Positions 18,458 to 28,112 of a stretch of DNA of 64,000 nt are shown one piece after another. The stretch spans positions 248,294-312,293 of the forward strand of contig CAZJXP010000001.1 in NCBI GenBank assembly GCA_964550175.1. Reading direction: 5' to 3'. Numbering within the stretch: position 1 is the first letter of the stretch; each line of letters begins with the position of its first letter. Source of the DNA: an uncultured Methanosarcinales archaeon (GTDB lineage Archaea; Nanobdellota; Nanobdellia; Woesearchaeales; ARS49). Under the pieces are notes generated by a model. That model was not told the DNA's origin, did not search any database, and saw only the letters and a program-made list of their open reading frames with translations. A program made the translations under genes and the position numbers.

Positions 18458-19147
18458 ATGATGACAGGGACCATATTTCTTTCCGGAGGGGGTAATTCAA
18501 TAATTTATAAAGATTTTGACAATGCTCTATCGAAAAAAATTGCCGGTGGTAAAATATTGTGTATTCCTTTTGCTAATCAAAAAAAGAGCCGGGAAGAACA
18601 TGTCGACTGGATGAATCGAGTATTCAATAAATTTCAAAAGAGCAAAATACTGATTGTCAAGAATGTAGCTGATTTGAGAAAAATTAAAATGAACACGCTC
18701 GCACTAGTATATATCTCAGGAGGAAATACTTTTCAACTTCTAAAAAAATTAAACGTAGAAGGGATCAACATGCTAAGAGAATACTATGCGAAAGGAGGCA
18801 CTATTTATGGAAGTAGCGCCGGTGCAGCAGTGCTAGGAACGAGCATTCTAACAGCAAGTATTGATGATACCAACAAAGTACATATCGATAGTACTAATGG
18901 TTGTAATCTCATAAACGGATATTCAGTATATTGTCACTATAAGAAAGACGACCAGTGGAAATTTGATATTTTTATCAATGAACATCGGATTAAAAAAATA
19001 TTAATCTTGCCGGAAGGATCAATTATCTCCATCCAAAATAAATCCGTGCGTACAATTAAAAATACAGCGTATAAAATTAGTGCTAAAGCCAACTTAGAGT
19101 ATCAAATAAAAAAAATAAAAAAAAGAATTACTTCAATTCATACGTAA
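18458..19147 (+). CDS. peptidase S51 family (dipeptidase E or cyanophycinase-like)
   Basis: YISGGNTFQLLKKL and GSSAGAAVLG carry the nucleophile Ser, characteristic of S51. Confidence 0.75.
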   Translation: MMTGTIFLSGGGNSIIYKDFDNALSKKIAGGKILCIPFANQKKSREEHVDWMNRVFNKFQKSKILIVKNVADLRKIKMNTLALVYISGGNTFQLLKKLNVEGINMLREYYAKGGTIYGSSAGAAVLGTSILTASIDDTNKVHIDSTNGCNLINGYSVYCHYKKDDQWKFDIFINEHRIKKILILPEGSIISIQNKSVRTIKNTAYKISAKANLEYQIKKIKKRITSIHT

Positions 19148-19871
19148 TACTAACCGTCTTCTGGACAGAGACGTCTGAAGGGATGACTTCGACGGCTTTC
19201 GCGATGCTGCCTTCGGCCATCATCGTGTCGCGGCCGTACATCGGCCACGGGTAGTAGTTGTCGCTTTCCTGGATTGACAACACCTTGCCGAGCTTTGCGC
19301 CGGCGGTTGCCGTAAGAGACTCAGCCTTCTGCTTCGCGTCCGCAACAGCAAGTGCGCGGACTTGGTTGTCGTACTGCTTCCGCAATTCGTCCGTCAGGCC
19401 GAACTGCACGTTCTGGATCAGCCCGTTCTGGCCGCCAATCGCCTCAACGACGGCTCCTGTTTTGGTCAAGTCCTTGACCGTCACTTGGATGCTGTGCGTG
19501 CCTCGGTAGCCCTTGATGGTCTGCTGGCCCGTTTCAGGATTCCATTGATAGTCCGGGTAGACATTGAACCCGGTGGTCTGGATGTCCGCATCGGTGATGC
19601 CCTGCGCCCGGATGGCTGAGAGAATCCTGTCCGTGCTCTTGCTCAACGTTTCTTGAGCGGAGCTCGCGTCCATGCCCGTGCTTTCAACAAGCACCCAGAT
19701 GTCCGCCTTGTCAGGGGACACTTTCATGTCGCCGAGACCGGAGACTGAAATCACATTTTGCGTGCTCGTTCCTTGGTTCTGGTACATCACGAACGCGACG
19801 AGGAGGATTGCTGCGATCGCGACGATCCAGGGTAAGTTGTTTTTTTCCATTTTGATCACCTTTTTGACCAT
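19128..19871 (-). CDS. SIMPL/DUF541 family protein with N-terminal membrane anchor
   Basis: TM at the N-terminus. VSGLGDMKVSPDKADIWVLVES and overall similarity to the SIMPL 26-kDa periplasmic protein family. Confidence 0.7.
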   Translation of the reverse strand: MVKKVIKMEKNNLPWIVAIAAILLVAFVMYQNQGTSTQNVISVSGLGDMKVSPDKADIWVLVESTGMDASSAQETLSKSTDRILSAIRAQGITDADIQTTGFNVYPDYQWNPETGQQTIKGYRGTHSIQVTVKDLTKTGAVVEAIGGQNGLIQNVQFGLTDELRKQYDNQVRALAVADAKQKAESLTATAGAKLGKVLSIQESDNYYPWPMYGRDTMMAEGSIAKAVEVIPSDVSVQKTVSITYELK

Positions 19872-19923
19872 AATTCACCTGTTTATATATAAGCTCGGAT
19901 TTTATAAGGCTGTTGCCTTAGGA

Positions 19924-20484
19924 TTATCGCAAGAACTGGCTGTATTTCTTCCTTTGATAGTACGAATAGCTTAACATTCCTATGAGCAAAGCAAGCCAGA
20001 CGACGTACACGATGACGCCGAGACTGAGTTGATACGTAGCTCCGGTCTGTGCCGCGTCCATAGCTAAAGACGTTCCAGGCGCCGCTTCCATCGTTAACGC
20101 TAACGAGTCGGCCGACTTCATCGCGACCGGCGGGTTAAGCAACGGCTCGACAAACGGACGGATGTACGCGACAGCTCCGGCGACGGCGGTCAAAATCAGT
20201 AACGACAACGTGATAAGAATGCGCTGCTGCTCCGGGTCGAGAATCGCTTTGCATTTAGCGGTGAGCTCGTAATACTTCCACTTACGGCCGTCATCCTTCT
20301 TGACAATCAATCCAGCCTTCAACAGTCCGGCGAGATGCTCGTTGACGGACGGCTCCTTCATTCCTAACGAAACGGCCAGCTCCGACTGCATATGCCTTCG
20401 TTGCTGCAAGAGCTTCAGAATCTTGATCCTTGTCTCTGCCGCTAACGCCTTGAAGCTTTCCCGGTCGAGGGTTATCGAATCCAT
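19924..20484 (-). CDS. ArsR-family wHTH transcriptional regulator fused to two C-terminal TM helices
   Basis: FKALAAETRIKILKLL...MQSELAVSLGMKEPSVNEHLAGLLKAGLIV is the ArsR HTH. Two hydrophobic segments follow. Confidence 0.75.
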   Translation of the reverse strand: MDSITLDRESFKALAAETRIKILKLLQQRRHMQSELAVSLGMKEPSVNEHLAGLLKAGLIVKKDDGRKWKYYELTAKCKAILDPEQQRILITLSLLILTAVAGAVAYIRPFVEPLLNPPVAMKSADSLALTMEAAPGTSLAMDAAQTGATYQLSLGVIVYVVWLALLIGMLSYSYYQRKKYSQFLR

Positions 20485-20487
20485 TCC

Positions 20488-21120
20488 TTAAGCAGAAATC
20501 CTGTCATTCTTAAACTTTTGGAACAGCTCGGAAAACGGCTTGACCTCAACTTTGCTTCCCTTAAGCAGATGGTTCGCGGCCAAATCATCCGTCGTGTACA
20601 GGACACGCATGCGAGAAAGCGGAACCTGCTTCTCAACCATCACGCCCAGGTTCATCAAATGAAGCCCCTCTTCCGTGAGGTCGAACGCGGCGACGTTGCG
20701 CGCGGTCTGCAACTCATGCGGAATCTGCTGCGCGACGGGATACAGCCGCACGTGCAGGTCGCGCAAGGCGTTCCAGAACTCATTCCCCCCGTTTTGGTCC
20801 TGCGAGTCAAGATATTGCTGCGCAAACTGATAATTGCTCGCTTCCGAATCGTCATGGAAACAGCTCGCCGGAAACCCCCGGTCCAAAATCCCATCTATGA
20901 TACCCTTAATGGTCTGCGTCGTTTTCGCTCGGAAACGCGCATAATCCTTGTCGAAAACAGCCTCAACGCCCGACCAGGCGCACGCTTCGGCTCCGGCGTG
21001 CTTGAACTCCATCCTGTCTCGCGAAAGGCGAGGGCACAAGACGGCGCCCGCGTCGAACGATTCGGCCAAGCCGATGGCACAATAGAACCGCATAAGCTCC
21101 GATGAATCCATACTCCACAA
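20488..21120 (-). CDS. hypothetical protein
   Basis: 210-aa ORF in an operon with GDE and GalT. Confidence 0.5.
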   Translation of the reverse strand: MWSMDSSELMRFYCAIGLAESFDAGAVLCPRLSRDRMEFKHAGAEACAWSGVEAVFDKDYARFRAKTTQTIKGIIDGILDRGFPASCFHDDSEASNYQFAQQYLDSQDQNGGNEFWNALRDLHVRLYPVAQQIPHELQTARNVAAFDLTEEGLHLMNLGVMVEKQVPLSRMRVLYTTDDLAANHLLKGSKVEVKPFSELFQKFKNDRISA

Positions 21121-21130
21121 GAATTGGCCG

Positions 21131-22768
21131 TTATTTAAAAACTGTCTGACACAGTTCGACGAACGTCGCGTTCGACCATAATTGAACTGGACTGCCTTGG
21201 GACGAGAGATGGGACGCGCTGCTCAGTTCGCCCGATACGTTGATGACATCCAATTTTTGCGACTTCATGCCCGCTTCCGTGATCTTGTGAATGTATTTCG
21301 CATAATGCTTCGCATCAAGATGTTTCATCGCGATGGCCGCGAGGTTGTTGAGCCAGAACCAGGAGTCGCCATGATGGTAGCTTTTTGCGTTCTCTCCTGT
21401 GCTGTCCTTCGTGAACGACGGGCTGGCTTTGTCGATGGTTGCGAGTCCACCCCAGTCGAGCCACAACGCGTCCAACGCACGGTCGAATCCATCCGTCCAT
21501 TCTTGCTTCGTGAACAATTCAGGATAAAGATAGGCGGCAAGGAAAAGGTTGGGGCGTATCTCAGAATGTCCCTTGCCGTCTATGATTGTGCGGTTCTTGA
21601 GGAAATCTCGCCTCACTGCGACTTTCAATTGCAATTCTCGTACATCCTGCTTGCCTGAGAGTTTGCTGTTCAGCTTAAGCACCGCTAATGTTAACGCCTG
21701 GATTTCGATGTTCGCGCCTTCTCTTGATTCAGAATCCATCCAGGTCTCGCCTGCCAAGTTAACGATGACACCTTCATTGAATCTCGTCTTGAATAACGAG
21801 TCTAAGACGGCGTTGAGCTTCTGCTTGACGAACGCGAGCTCCTTGCTCGTGACAAATGTTTTGAGCACTCTCGCTTTTTCCAACGCTTGCAGGAATTCTC
21901 CAATTCTGAAAAAGAGCCAACCGGGAGCGTCGGCAGACTTCGCGCCGTCGCGTTTCGATTGCAACGTGACGTCAACGTTTGCGAGATGCTTCCACAGGAT
22001 TTTCTTGACCGTCGCGAACTCTTTTGCGAGGATAAGGGATTTCAACGAGATTAATTCGTCCCTTGCCCAAACCTGCGAGAACCACGGCAAGCCCGCAAGA
22101 AGTCCGTCGGGAGTTTTCAGCGCGTCGATGGCGAGGAGGGCGTTCGCGACTTCGGTTGATTTTCCTTTGGCGAGTAACGCGAGACGTTTCGCTTTTTGCG
22201 ACTTGAGTTTCGAGCGCTGCGCGAACATATTGATTGCCGTCTCAACGGCCTCGTTCTTGTTCGTGCTGAACGCGAACACCGCGTCCTTGATCCTGAGCTT
22301 GCACGCCTGGTACACCCAACGCGTCCACGGCCAGGAATTCCGTTGCTGGTCTTTCGAGTACATCCGTTCGGTCCATTTCTGGATCGGGAGGTATTCCAGT
22401 TCATCCCCGAAAATGGCGACGTGCAATTGGTATTCGCTCGGGTTACCCATGCCGTCCCTGGGATCGTTGAACTTCGAAAACGAGAAGACCAAGCACTTGT
22501 GCATCTGCGAAACTTCGTACGCCCGGCCCCACTGGCGGTTGTCGAACAGTTCACCGCAATCTAAATTGAGCGTGGTTTCCGTTGCGTTCGGAAGATTAAC
22601 GACAAACGCATTCTGGTTGTCCGGCATCCAGCAACATTCTGCCGGAACGTCCAACGACTCGATGACGCGGAACACGCGATTGTCTTTGCGCAGGAACACG
22701 CCGTCGTAACGGCTCTGCGGAACTCTGAGTAATGCGAACGAGCCTTGGCCGTTGCTGAGCAAAATCAT
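21131..22768 (-). CDS. glycogen debranching enzyme, amylo-alpha-1,6-glucosidase (GDE_C) family
   Basis: C-terminal YHHGDSWFWLNN motif and (alpha/alpha)6-barrel-like length of 545 aa. Confidence 0.8.
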   Translation of the reverse strand: MILLSNGQGSFALLRVPQSRYDGVFLRKDNRVFRVIESLDVPAECCWMPDNQNAFVVNLPNATETTLNLDCGELFDNRQWGRAYEVSQMHKCLVFSFSKFNDPRDGMGNPSEYQLHVAIFGDELEYLPIQKWTERMYSKDQQRNSWPWTRWVYQACKLRIKDAVFAFSTNKNEAVETAINMFAQRSKLKSQKAKRLALLAKGKSTEVANALLAIDALKTPDGLLAGLPWFSQVWARDELISLKSLILAKEFATVKKILWKHLANVDVTLQSKRDGAKSADAPGWLFFRIGEFLQALEKARVLKTFVTSKELAFVKQKLNAVLDSLFKTRFNEGVIVNLAGETWMDSESREGANIEIQALTLAVLKLNSKLSGKQDVRELQLKVAVRRDFLKNRTIIDGKGHSEIRPNLFLAAYLYPELFTKQEWTDGFDRALDALWLDWGGLATIDKASPSFTKDSTGENAKSYHHGDSWFWLNNLAAIAMKHLDAKHYAKYIHKITEAGMKSQKLDVINVSGELSSASHLSSQGSPVQLWSNATFVELCQTVFK

Positions 22769-23688
22769 TTTTCCCCTCGGTAGAACGCCGCGGCGTCCTC
22801 GGGCGCGACGGTGTTGATGATGATTCCCGAGCCGAATTCGAAGCCCGCGAACAGGCTGATTCTCGGCAATAGTTCTAAATGCAAGTGCAGGTCTTCATTT
22901 GACGGCGAATATTTGAGGACAAGATTGTAGGAACAGTTGAGCTTGAGAAGTTTGCCGAGGACTTGCTTGAGCAGATTTGCTAAACTTGTCGAATTAATTT
23001 CGTTCAGATTTCTGACGTGCGCCTTCGGGAACAGCCAGCATTCGTAGTTGAATCTCGACGCGTACGGCGTGAACGCGACCCAGTCGTTGTTTTCGAAACA
23101 GCGTCTCGCGCTGTTCTTTTCTGATGAAATGATGGCGCAATGAGGACAGTCGATGAACTTTCGTCTGGCAAGAACTAATTCATTTATTTCCGTCGGGATG
23201 ATAGGTGTCGCGATGACCTGACTGTGGCTGTGGATGAGGCTTGTGCCGGCATCGACGCCTGAATTCTTGAAAACGGAAACGTACGCGTGATTTTTTGACA
23301 ACGCGTCGATGCGGTTCTTGTACGCGTCAATGACCAAACTGATTTCTTTTTCGGATAACTCTGCGAGTTGCCGATGGTCGGGGGTTTCAACAATGACTTC
23401 GTGCGTGCCGGACGCTTTCGCAACGGTGTAAAAACGATTGTCCGTTTTGAGCCGGAAGTTATCGGGATGAACGGCCGCGAACCTGTTTTCGAACCATCGG
23501 ACTTGCCATTCTTTTCCGTACGGAAGCCTTCCGAGTTCCGTTGGTGTTAACGATTCGTGACCGGGACAGAAGAAGCACGACGTGGTCGCGATGGTAGATG
23601 CCTTCTGGAACTCATTAGGCCGTTCGCCACGCTTCGGCGCGATGATCACCCAACGATCCAGGAGGTAGTCTTTCCTCAGTTCGCCCAA
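22765..23688 (-). CDS. galactose-1-phosphate uridylyltransferase-like (GalT/HIT superfamily) nucleotidyltransferase
   Basis: Zn motif CFFCPGHE and active-site HSHSQV (H-x-H-x-Q). Confidence 0.8.
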   Translation of the reverse strand: MGELRKDYLLDRWVIIAPKRGERPNEFQKASTIATTSCFFCPGHESLTPTELGRLPYGKEWQVRWFENRFAAVHPDNFRLKTDNRFYTVAKASGTHEVIVETPDHRQLAELSEKEISLVIDAYKNRIDALSKNHAYVSVFKNSGVDAGTSLIHSHSQVIATPIIPTEINELVLARRKFIDCPHCAIISSEKNSARRCFENNDWVAFTPYASRFNYECWLFPKAHVRNLNEINSTSLANLLKQVLGKLLKLNCSYNLVLKYSPSNEDLHLHLELLPRISLFAGFEFGSGIIINTVAPEDAAAFYRGEK

Positions 23689-23784
23689 CCCACACCCCTT
23701 TTATGAAGGATAGCAAAAATTGCTACTTAAAGAAGCGTAACGATTCTGGAGTGATACAAAGGAATTTATAGGACTGGAAATGGG

Positions 23785-24411
23785 ATGCTACTTATGGGAA
23801 TTCAATTACGGAATGAGGACGTGAAAGTCTACGGTAATTACTTTTCGCTGCCCTTTCACCCTGCGTTTCTTGATCCTAGAAAAAATTATGATCCTTGCAT
23901 CGCAATCGAAGCGTTCCCGGACGCAGTAAAAGCGTTCCGCAAAGCATTGCCTGCAGAAATCGCGAAACTAACCAAAGACAGCCAGGCATTCTATCAAGGC
24001 TGCTGGGGTGGAAGTCCGGGCCTGAAGAAGCGCGGATCATACTATGACGCGCACAAGTACGGCTGGATGTCCCGTATTGGACAAGAAAAGAACGGATTCG
24101 TGACGAGCCTCTGTCTAGATTTGAACTGTTCGTGCATCTGTCTCGATAAAGGGTCTGCGTTCCCGCGATCAATCATGATCGGACCCGACTATGGGAATGT
24201 AACGCTGTCATTAGAGGACTCGCTGAAATTCGCAGTTGGTAAAGAGCACAAAGACTATTCGCTCACGCGTGACGAGAAAACACAAGAAGTTCAAGGAGTC
24301 TTCGTGTCGGGCTACACCGGACACAACATTGATAATCTTGGCACGAGTTTAATGCTCAGACTCTGGGGCATCGAATACCTCAACCGCATGTTTGAAAAAA
24401 TAAAACTATGA
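23785..24411 (+). CDS. hypothetical protein
   Basis: 208-aa ORF overlapping the downstream gene by 4 nt. Confidence 0.45.
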   Translation: MLLMGIQLRNEDVKVYGNYFSLPFHPAFLDPRKNYDPCIAIEAFPDAVKAFRKALPAEIAKLTKDSQAFYQGCWGGSPGLKKRGSYYDAHKYGWMSRIGQEKNGFVTSLCLDLNCSCICLDKGSAFPRSIMIGPDYGNVTLSLEDSLKFAVGKEHKDYSLTRDEKTQEVQGVFVSGYTGHNIDNLGTSLMLRLWGIEYLNRMFEKIKL

Positions 24412-25073
24412 ACCTCTCCGACATCGCCGAGAAGATTCCCGCGGAACTGCAACTGATTCTCGCGAAAGAAGGGATTAATGAATTACGTCCGTCACAAGAA
24501 AAGGCAATCAAGGCCGGACTGCTGGACTACCAATCGCTGTTGATCTGCACGCCGACTGCTTCTGGAAAAACCTTGATTGCCGAGTTAGCCGGCGTCAAGA
24601 GCATCATCGAAGGACGAGGAAAAGTCATCTACATCGTGCCGTTAATCTCATTGGCGAACGAGAAGTACAAGGAGTTCGCCAGAAAGTACACCGGACTGTT
24701 CAAAGTGACGCAAACGTCAAGCGACGTCGACTCGTCGGACGGATATTTGGCCGACTACGACTTCATCATCTGCACGGCGGAAAAACTAGACTCGTTAATC
24801 CGCCACCAAACGCCATGGCTCAAGTACGTGAAAACCGTCATCATCGATGAAATCCATTTGCTGAACGACGTCGAACGAGGCCCCACGCTTGAGATTCTTA
24901 TAACTGTGTTGAAGCAAGTGTTAAAGAATCTACAAATCATCGGACTGTCCGCAACCATCGGCAACCCGAAAGAATTGGCCGACTGGCTAGAAGCAACCTT
25001 AGTCGAAGACACGTGGCGACCGGTTAAATTGCACAAAGGCATCTACTTAGACGGCGAGATTGAGTTTTCTTAA
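24408..25073 (+). CDS. N-terminal RecA1 domain of a Ski2/Hel308-like helicase (truncated after the RPV-L motif; probable gene fragment)
   Basis: Motif I CTPTASGKT, motif II IIDEIHLL, motif III GLSATIGN, then WRPVKL followed by a stop. Full-length Hel308 is about 700 aa. A minus-strand gene follows directly. Confidence 0.7.
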   Translation: MNLSDIAEKIPAELQLILAKEGINELRPSQEKAIKAGLLDYQSLLICTPTASGKTLIAELAGVKSIIEGRGKVIYIVPLISLANEKYKEFARKYTGLFKVTQTSSDVDSSDGYLADYDFIICTAEKLDSLIRHQTPWLKYVKTVIIDEIHLLNDVERGPTLEILITVLKQVLKNLQIIGLSATIGNPKELADWLEATLVEDTWRPVKLHKGIYLDGEIEFS

Positions 25074-25400
25074 TTACCAGATAGAATCGTCGTAATTCAA
25101 TTCATCATTGATCACGACAACATGAATTCTGTCTGCGCAATGCGCTTCCAACGAATGCGCAAACTCCGTCATCTCATCACGCACGGCCTGCCCATAGACA
25201 TTGATTTGGTTGCGAGCAAGGTCGAAATCCCCGACATGCAAACGAGGAGCTTCCATCCCGAAAAGCGCGCCCAAACAGCCGCATTTACCTTCGCGAGAAA
25301 GATACAACGTGTAACCCGGAGACGTTTTCGGACTGATTTGATATCCCTTGCGTTCGCAGAAATCAATCACTTGCGCGCGATCTAATGACATGAACCTCAC
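25074..25400 (-). CDS. hypothetical protein
   Basis: 108-aa ORF abutting the helicase fragment and overlapping the next gene. Confidence 0.4.
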   Translation of the reverse strand: MRFMSLDRAQVIDFCERKGYQISPKTSPGYTLYLSREGKCGCLGALFGMEAPRLHVGDFDLARNQINVYGQAVRDEMTEFAHSLEAHCADRIHVVVINDELNYDDSIW

Positions 25401-26095
25401 TCCAAATGATACTCGATTAACTCAGTCGTTGTTTTAATTCCGTCGCTGATGATAATGCTCTTGACCAAGCCTGACTCGAAGCCAGGAACCAAAGGAGAGG
25501 CCCAGATGTCCTTGCGCGTTGCCCCATCAAATGAGCTCTTGTGCAACACCCAGAACGTCCCTGCGGGAACGGTCACTTGCTCAAGACCATCTAAAACAGG
25601 CGTCGTTGCCGAGAAGCCCTGGATGGACTCTTCCGCCCAACGGCTGTTTCTGCCGAGCACTTGCGCATCGGAGAACGCGCCCCTGCGCTCGTTCCAGATG
25701 ATGAGATACTTCGTGTCATCGCACCACAGCGTTTGCGTGCGCGACTCGCCGATTCGGGTCGAGTTGCGCTCGATGCCGATGCACGGGTCGGATTTGTAGT
25801 AGGTTGAAATCATGCTGTAAGAACGCACCGCGGGAGAAACTCCCTCTTCGGTCGTCGTGATGCTGTACTTTGCCCATTGGCCTTCGTTCAATTCACGGGT
25901 CAAAAACGTCGCCTTGTCGCCAACGACTGATATGTTGAGTGAATCAAAAGTCGGCTTGTCGATCACAACAGGAGTTTCCGCGGGCGCGTCAGAAACGACC
26001 AGCGTGTCAACCGTAACCGGCGTGAATTCCTCTTTTATGACCGGAGCACACGCTACCAAGAACAGCAAAATAGCGATATATTTCCAAGCCCCCAT
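25397..26095 (-). CDS. predicted lipoprotein (lipobox LVAC)
   Basis: N-terminus MGAWKYIAILLFLVACAP is a signal peptide plus L-V-A-C lipobox. Confidence 0.6.
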   Translation of the reverse strand: MGAWKYIAILLFLVACAPVIKEEFTPVTVDTLVVSDAPAETPVVIDKPTFDSLNISVVGDKATFLTRELNEGQWAKYSITTTEEGVSPAVRSYSMISTYYKSDPCIGIERNSTRIGESRTQTLWCDDTKYLIIWNERRGAFSDAQVLGRNSRWAEESIQGFSATTPVLDGLEQVTVPAGTFWVLHKSSFDGATRKDIWASPLVPGFESGLVKSIIISDGIKTTTELIEYHLE

Positions 26096-26344
26096 ACCGA
26101 GAATAGTGGAAAATAGGGTATTTAAAGGTTATGAAGGAAATTATTGATTGTTTTAGCTCTAACTGCTCAAAATCTATCGGGGAAAGAACGGCCGGGGACG
26201 ACGTGTTCCGACATTGTTGAGCTGAGAGAACGTTGCAAACCTGTTTCCGAAGGAAACAGATATCATTTGTTTCTCGAAGCGAGACAAAGAGGAATTTAAT
26301 CAAATTTTAGAAAAATTTGAAAAATAAAAAAGAAGAAATCAGCC

Positions 26345-26932
26345 CTAATAGTCAGGCATCTGGCCCTGGTACTGCTGCATCTGCTGCAACAGCGCGGCCA
26401 TGTCCTGGAACTCGACGTTCGAAGGCGGCGTGAACGAGTCGCCGGACGGTGTCCAGGCGCTGCAGCGCACATTCGCTGCCGTGTCGGCATAATCAGCCGC
26501 GGTGTTAGGCGCCTGCGGCGTTGACGGATAATCATCCGCCAAATCCTCAGCCATCTGCTTCATCGCAGCCAATTCATACTTGACCCCTTGGGTACCCGAC
26601 CACGAGTAGAGCCAAACGCCATCTGAGATGGTGTAGGCATCCGTTCCTTGCGCCATCATTTCTATGCGCTGGCGGGTTCCGTCCATATACATGGTGACAG
26701 TTCCGTCAGGCGTCGAAAACTCGCACTTGGCTGACCTTCCTAAGGTGAGCAATTCCCTTAAATCATTCGAGAATCCGGAAGCTGCCGGAGTGACGACCAT
26801 TTCCTCAACGTTATCAACGTCTGCGCCGGGTGCAGGCATGCCTAACGACGGCGAGGCCTCTCGCTCAGCCGGAGCCGACGAGCAAGCCATGACAAGCACG
26901 GACAACATAACTAAGTACAATAGTTTTTTCAT
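26345..26932 (-). CDS. predicted lipoprotein (lipobox VMAC)
   Basis: MKKLLYLVMLSVLVMACSS. Confidence 0.6.
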   Translation of the reverse strand: MKKLLYLVMLSVLVMACSSAPAEREASPSLGMPAPGADVDNVEEMVVTPAASGFSNDLRELLTLGRSAKCEFSTPDGTVTMYMDGTRQRIEMMAQGTDAYTISDGVWLYSWSGTQGVKYELAAMKQMAEDLADDYPSTPQAPNTAADYADTAANVRCSAWTPSGDSFTPPSNVEFQDMAALLQQMQQYQGQMPDY

Positions 26933-26936
26933 GGTA

Positions 26937-27368
26937 TTACCCCAACAATCCCATCATTGAGGCGCCGCCCATGGCAAGCCCCGCGCCGACAAACAAAGCA
27001 GCAACGATGAAGCTGATGACCGCCATCAGCACGAAGCTCATGACGAACCAGACGAGCCAGACCAGCACGGCTTTACCCGTGTCCAAATGGTACTTGCTCT
27101 TGATCTGCGTGATTCCCAAATAGACGGAAAGCACCAACGAGATCAACGGCGCGAGGAATCCGCCGACGATCGGCAGAAACCCGAGAATGAACGAGGCCGC
27201 GTAGCTGACGATGCCCACGATCAACGCGATCATGAACGCCGTGCTGAAGCTGCCCTTGAGCTTGAATATCTTGGCGGTGATGAACAATAGTATCGAGCTC
27301 ACCACAATTCCGATAATCGCAAATATCAATCCTGCAAAGAATCCCAATCCTGTTCCCAACATTGCCAT
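26937..27368 (-). CDS. hypothetical integral membrane protein
   Basis: 143 aa, 4 TM, Gly-rich termini. Confidence 0.55.
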   Translation of the reverse strand: MAMLGTGLGFFAGLIFAIIGIVVSSILLFITAKIFKLKGSFSTAFMIALIVGIVSYAASFILGFLPIVGGFLAPLISLVLSVYLGITQIKSKYHLDTGKAVLVWLVWFVMSFVLMAVISFIVAALFVGAGLAMGGASMMGLLG

Positions 27369-27434
27369 TTCAGTCCCCCCCGAGTGTTTATTCGTTACTA
27401 ATAAATCAAAATAAAAAAAACAAAATAGAGCTTC

Positions 27435-27773
27435 TTAGAAGCTGAACTTGTCCGCGTACTTGCCGATGACCGGCAACGGCTTCTCCTTGCCCGTGAGCGC
27501 GTTGATGATGCCGATGATCCAGAGGACCAAGATCAACAAGTTGCCGAGCGGGATGATGATGAACCAGCCGATGATCGGAATAACCGTTCCGACAATCGAG
27601 ATGATCACCGCAAGGATGAACAGAACCAAGCTCTGCTTTGCGTGATACATCGCGAACTTGTTGTCCTTCTTCAACAAGAAGACCAACACGAATCCGATGA
27701 TGCTCAACAAGTACGCCAGAAACGCCCAGAGCTTGCCTTCATCAGAACCCTTTGCTATTGAACCTTTTGCCAT
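27435..27773 (-). CDS. small membrane protein (DUF4870-like)
   Basis: Start chosen at MAKGSIAKGS because a TATA-like box and GGAGG precede it (cctataaaaggaggaatttcaATG). The longer ORF start at 27875 lacks signals. Confidence 0.55.
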   Translation of the reverse strand: MAKGSIAKGSDEGKLWAFLAYLLSIIGFVLVFLLKKDNKFAMYHAKQSLVLFILAVIISIVGTVIPIIGWFIIIPLGNLLILVLWIIGIINALTGKEKPLPVIGKYADKFSF

Positions 27774-27834
27774 TGAAATTCCTCCTTTTATAGGGGAGTC
27801 CCCCTTCTGGCCGAATTCTGAGATTGGACGTTTA

Positions 27835-28112
27835 TTAATCTTTCTCCTTGGAAAAGTAGGGGGTTTGGGGAGCAATCATGAGGCAATAATGATTAAAATG
27901 GCGGTTTAAGACCTCGATTGCATCGTTTTTAAGCACCGCATAAAGCACAGGTTGTGGAATGAGCCGTTCTCGTTTGTCGATCACCGCACCGTGCTGTTCC
28001 AAGATCGCTTCAAGGGTTTCGCGCAGACTCGGCTTGACTTCGCCAACAAGTTCGTTCGCCAAATCAGGCCAGTGTTCGGGATTAAAATTTCCGTAATTGA
28101 GTTTCACCTTCA
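27835..28112 (-). CDS. hypothetical small protein
   Basis: 92 aa starting MKVKLNYGNF. The ATG overlaps the subtilase stop and is preceded by gaggtgggtgg. The long out-of-frame ORF 27835..28476 was rejected. Confidence 0.4.
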
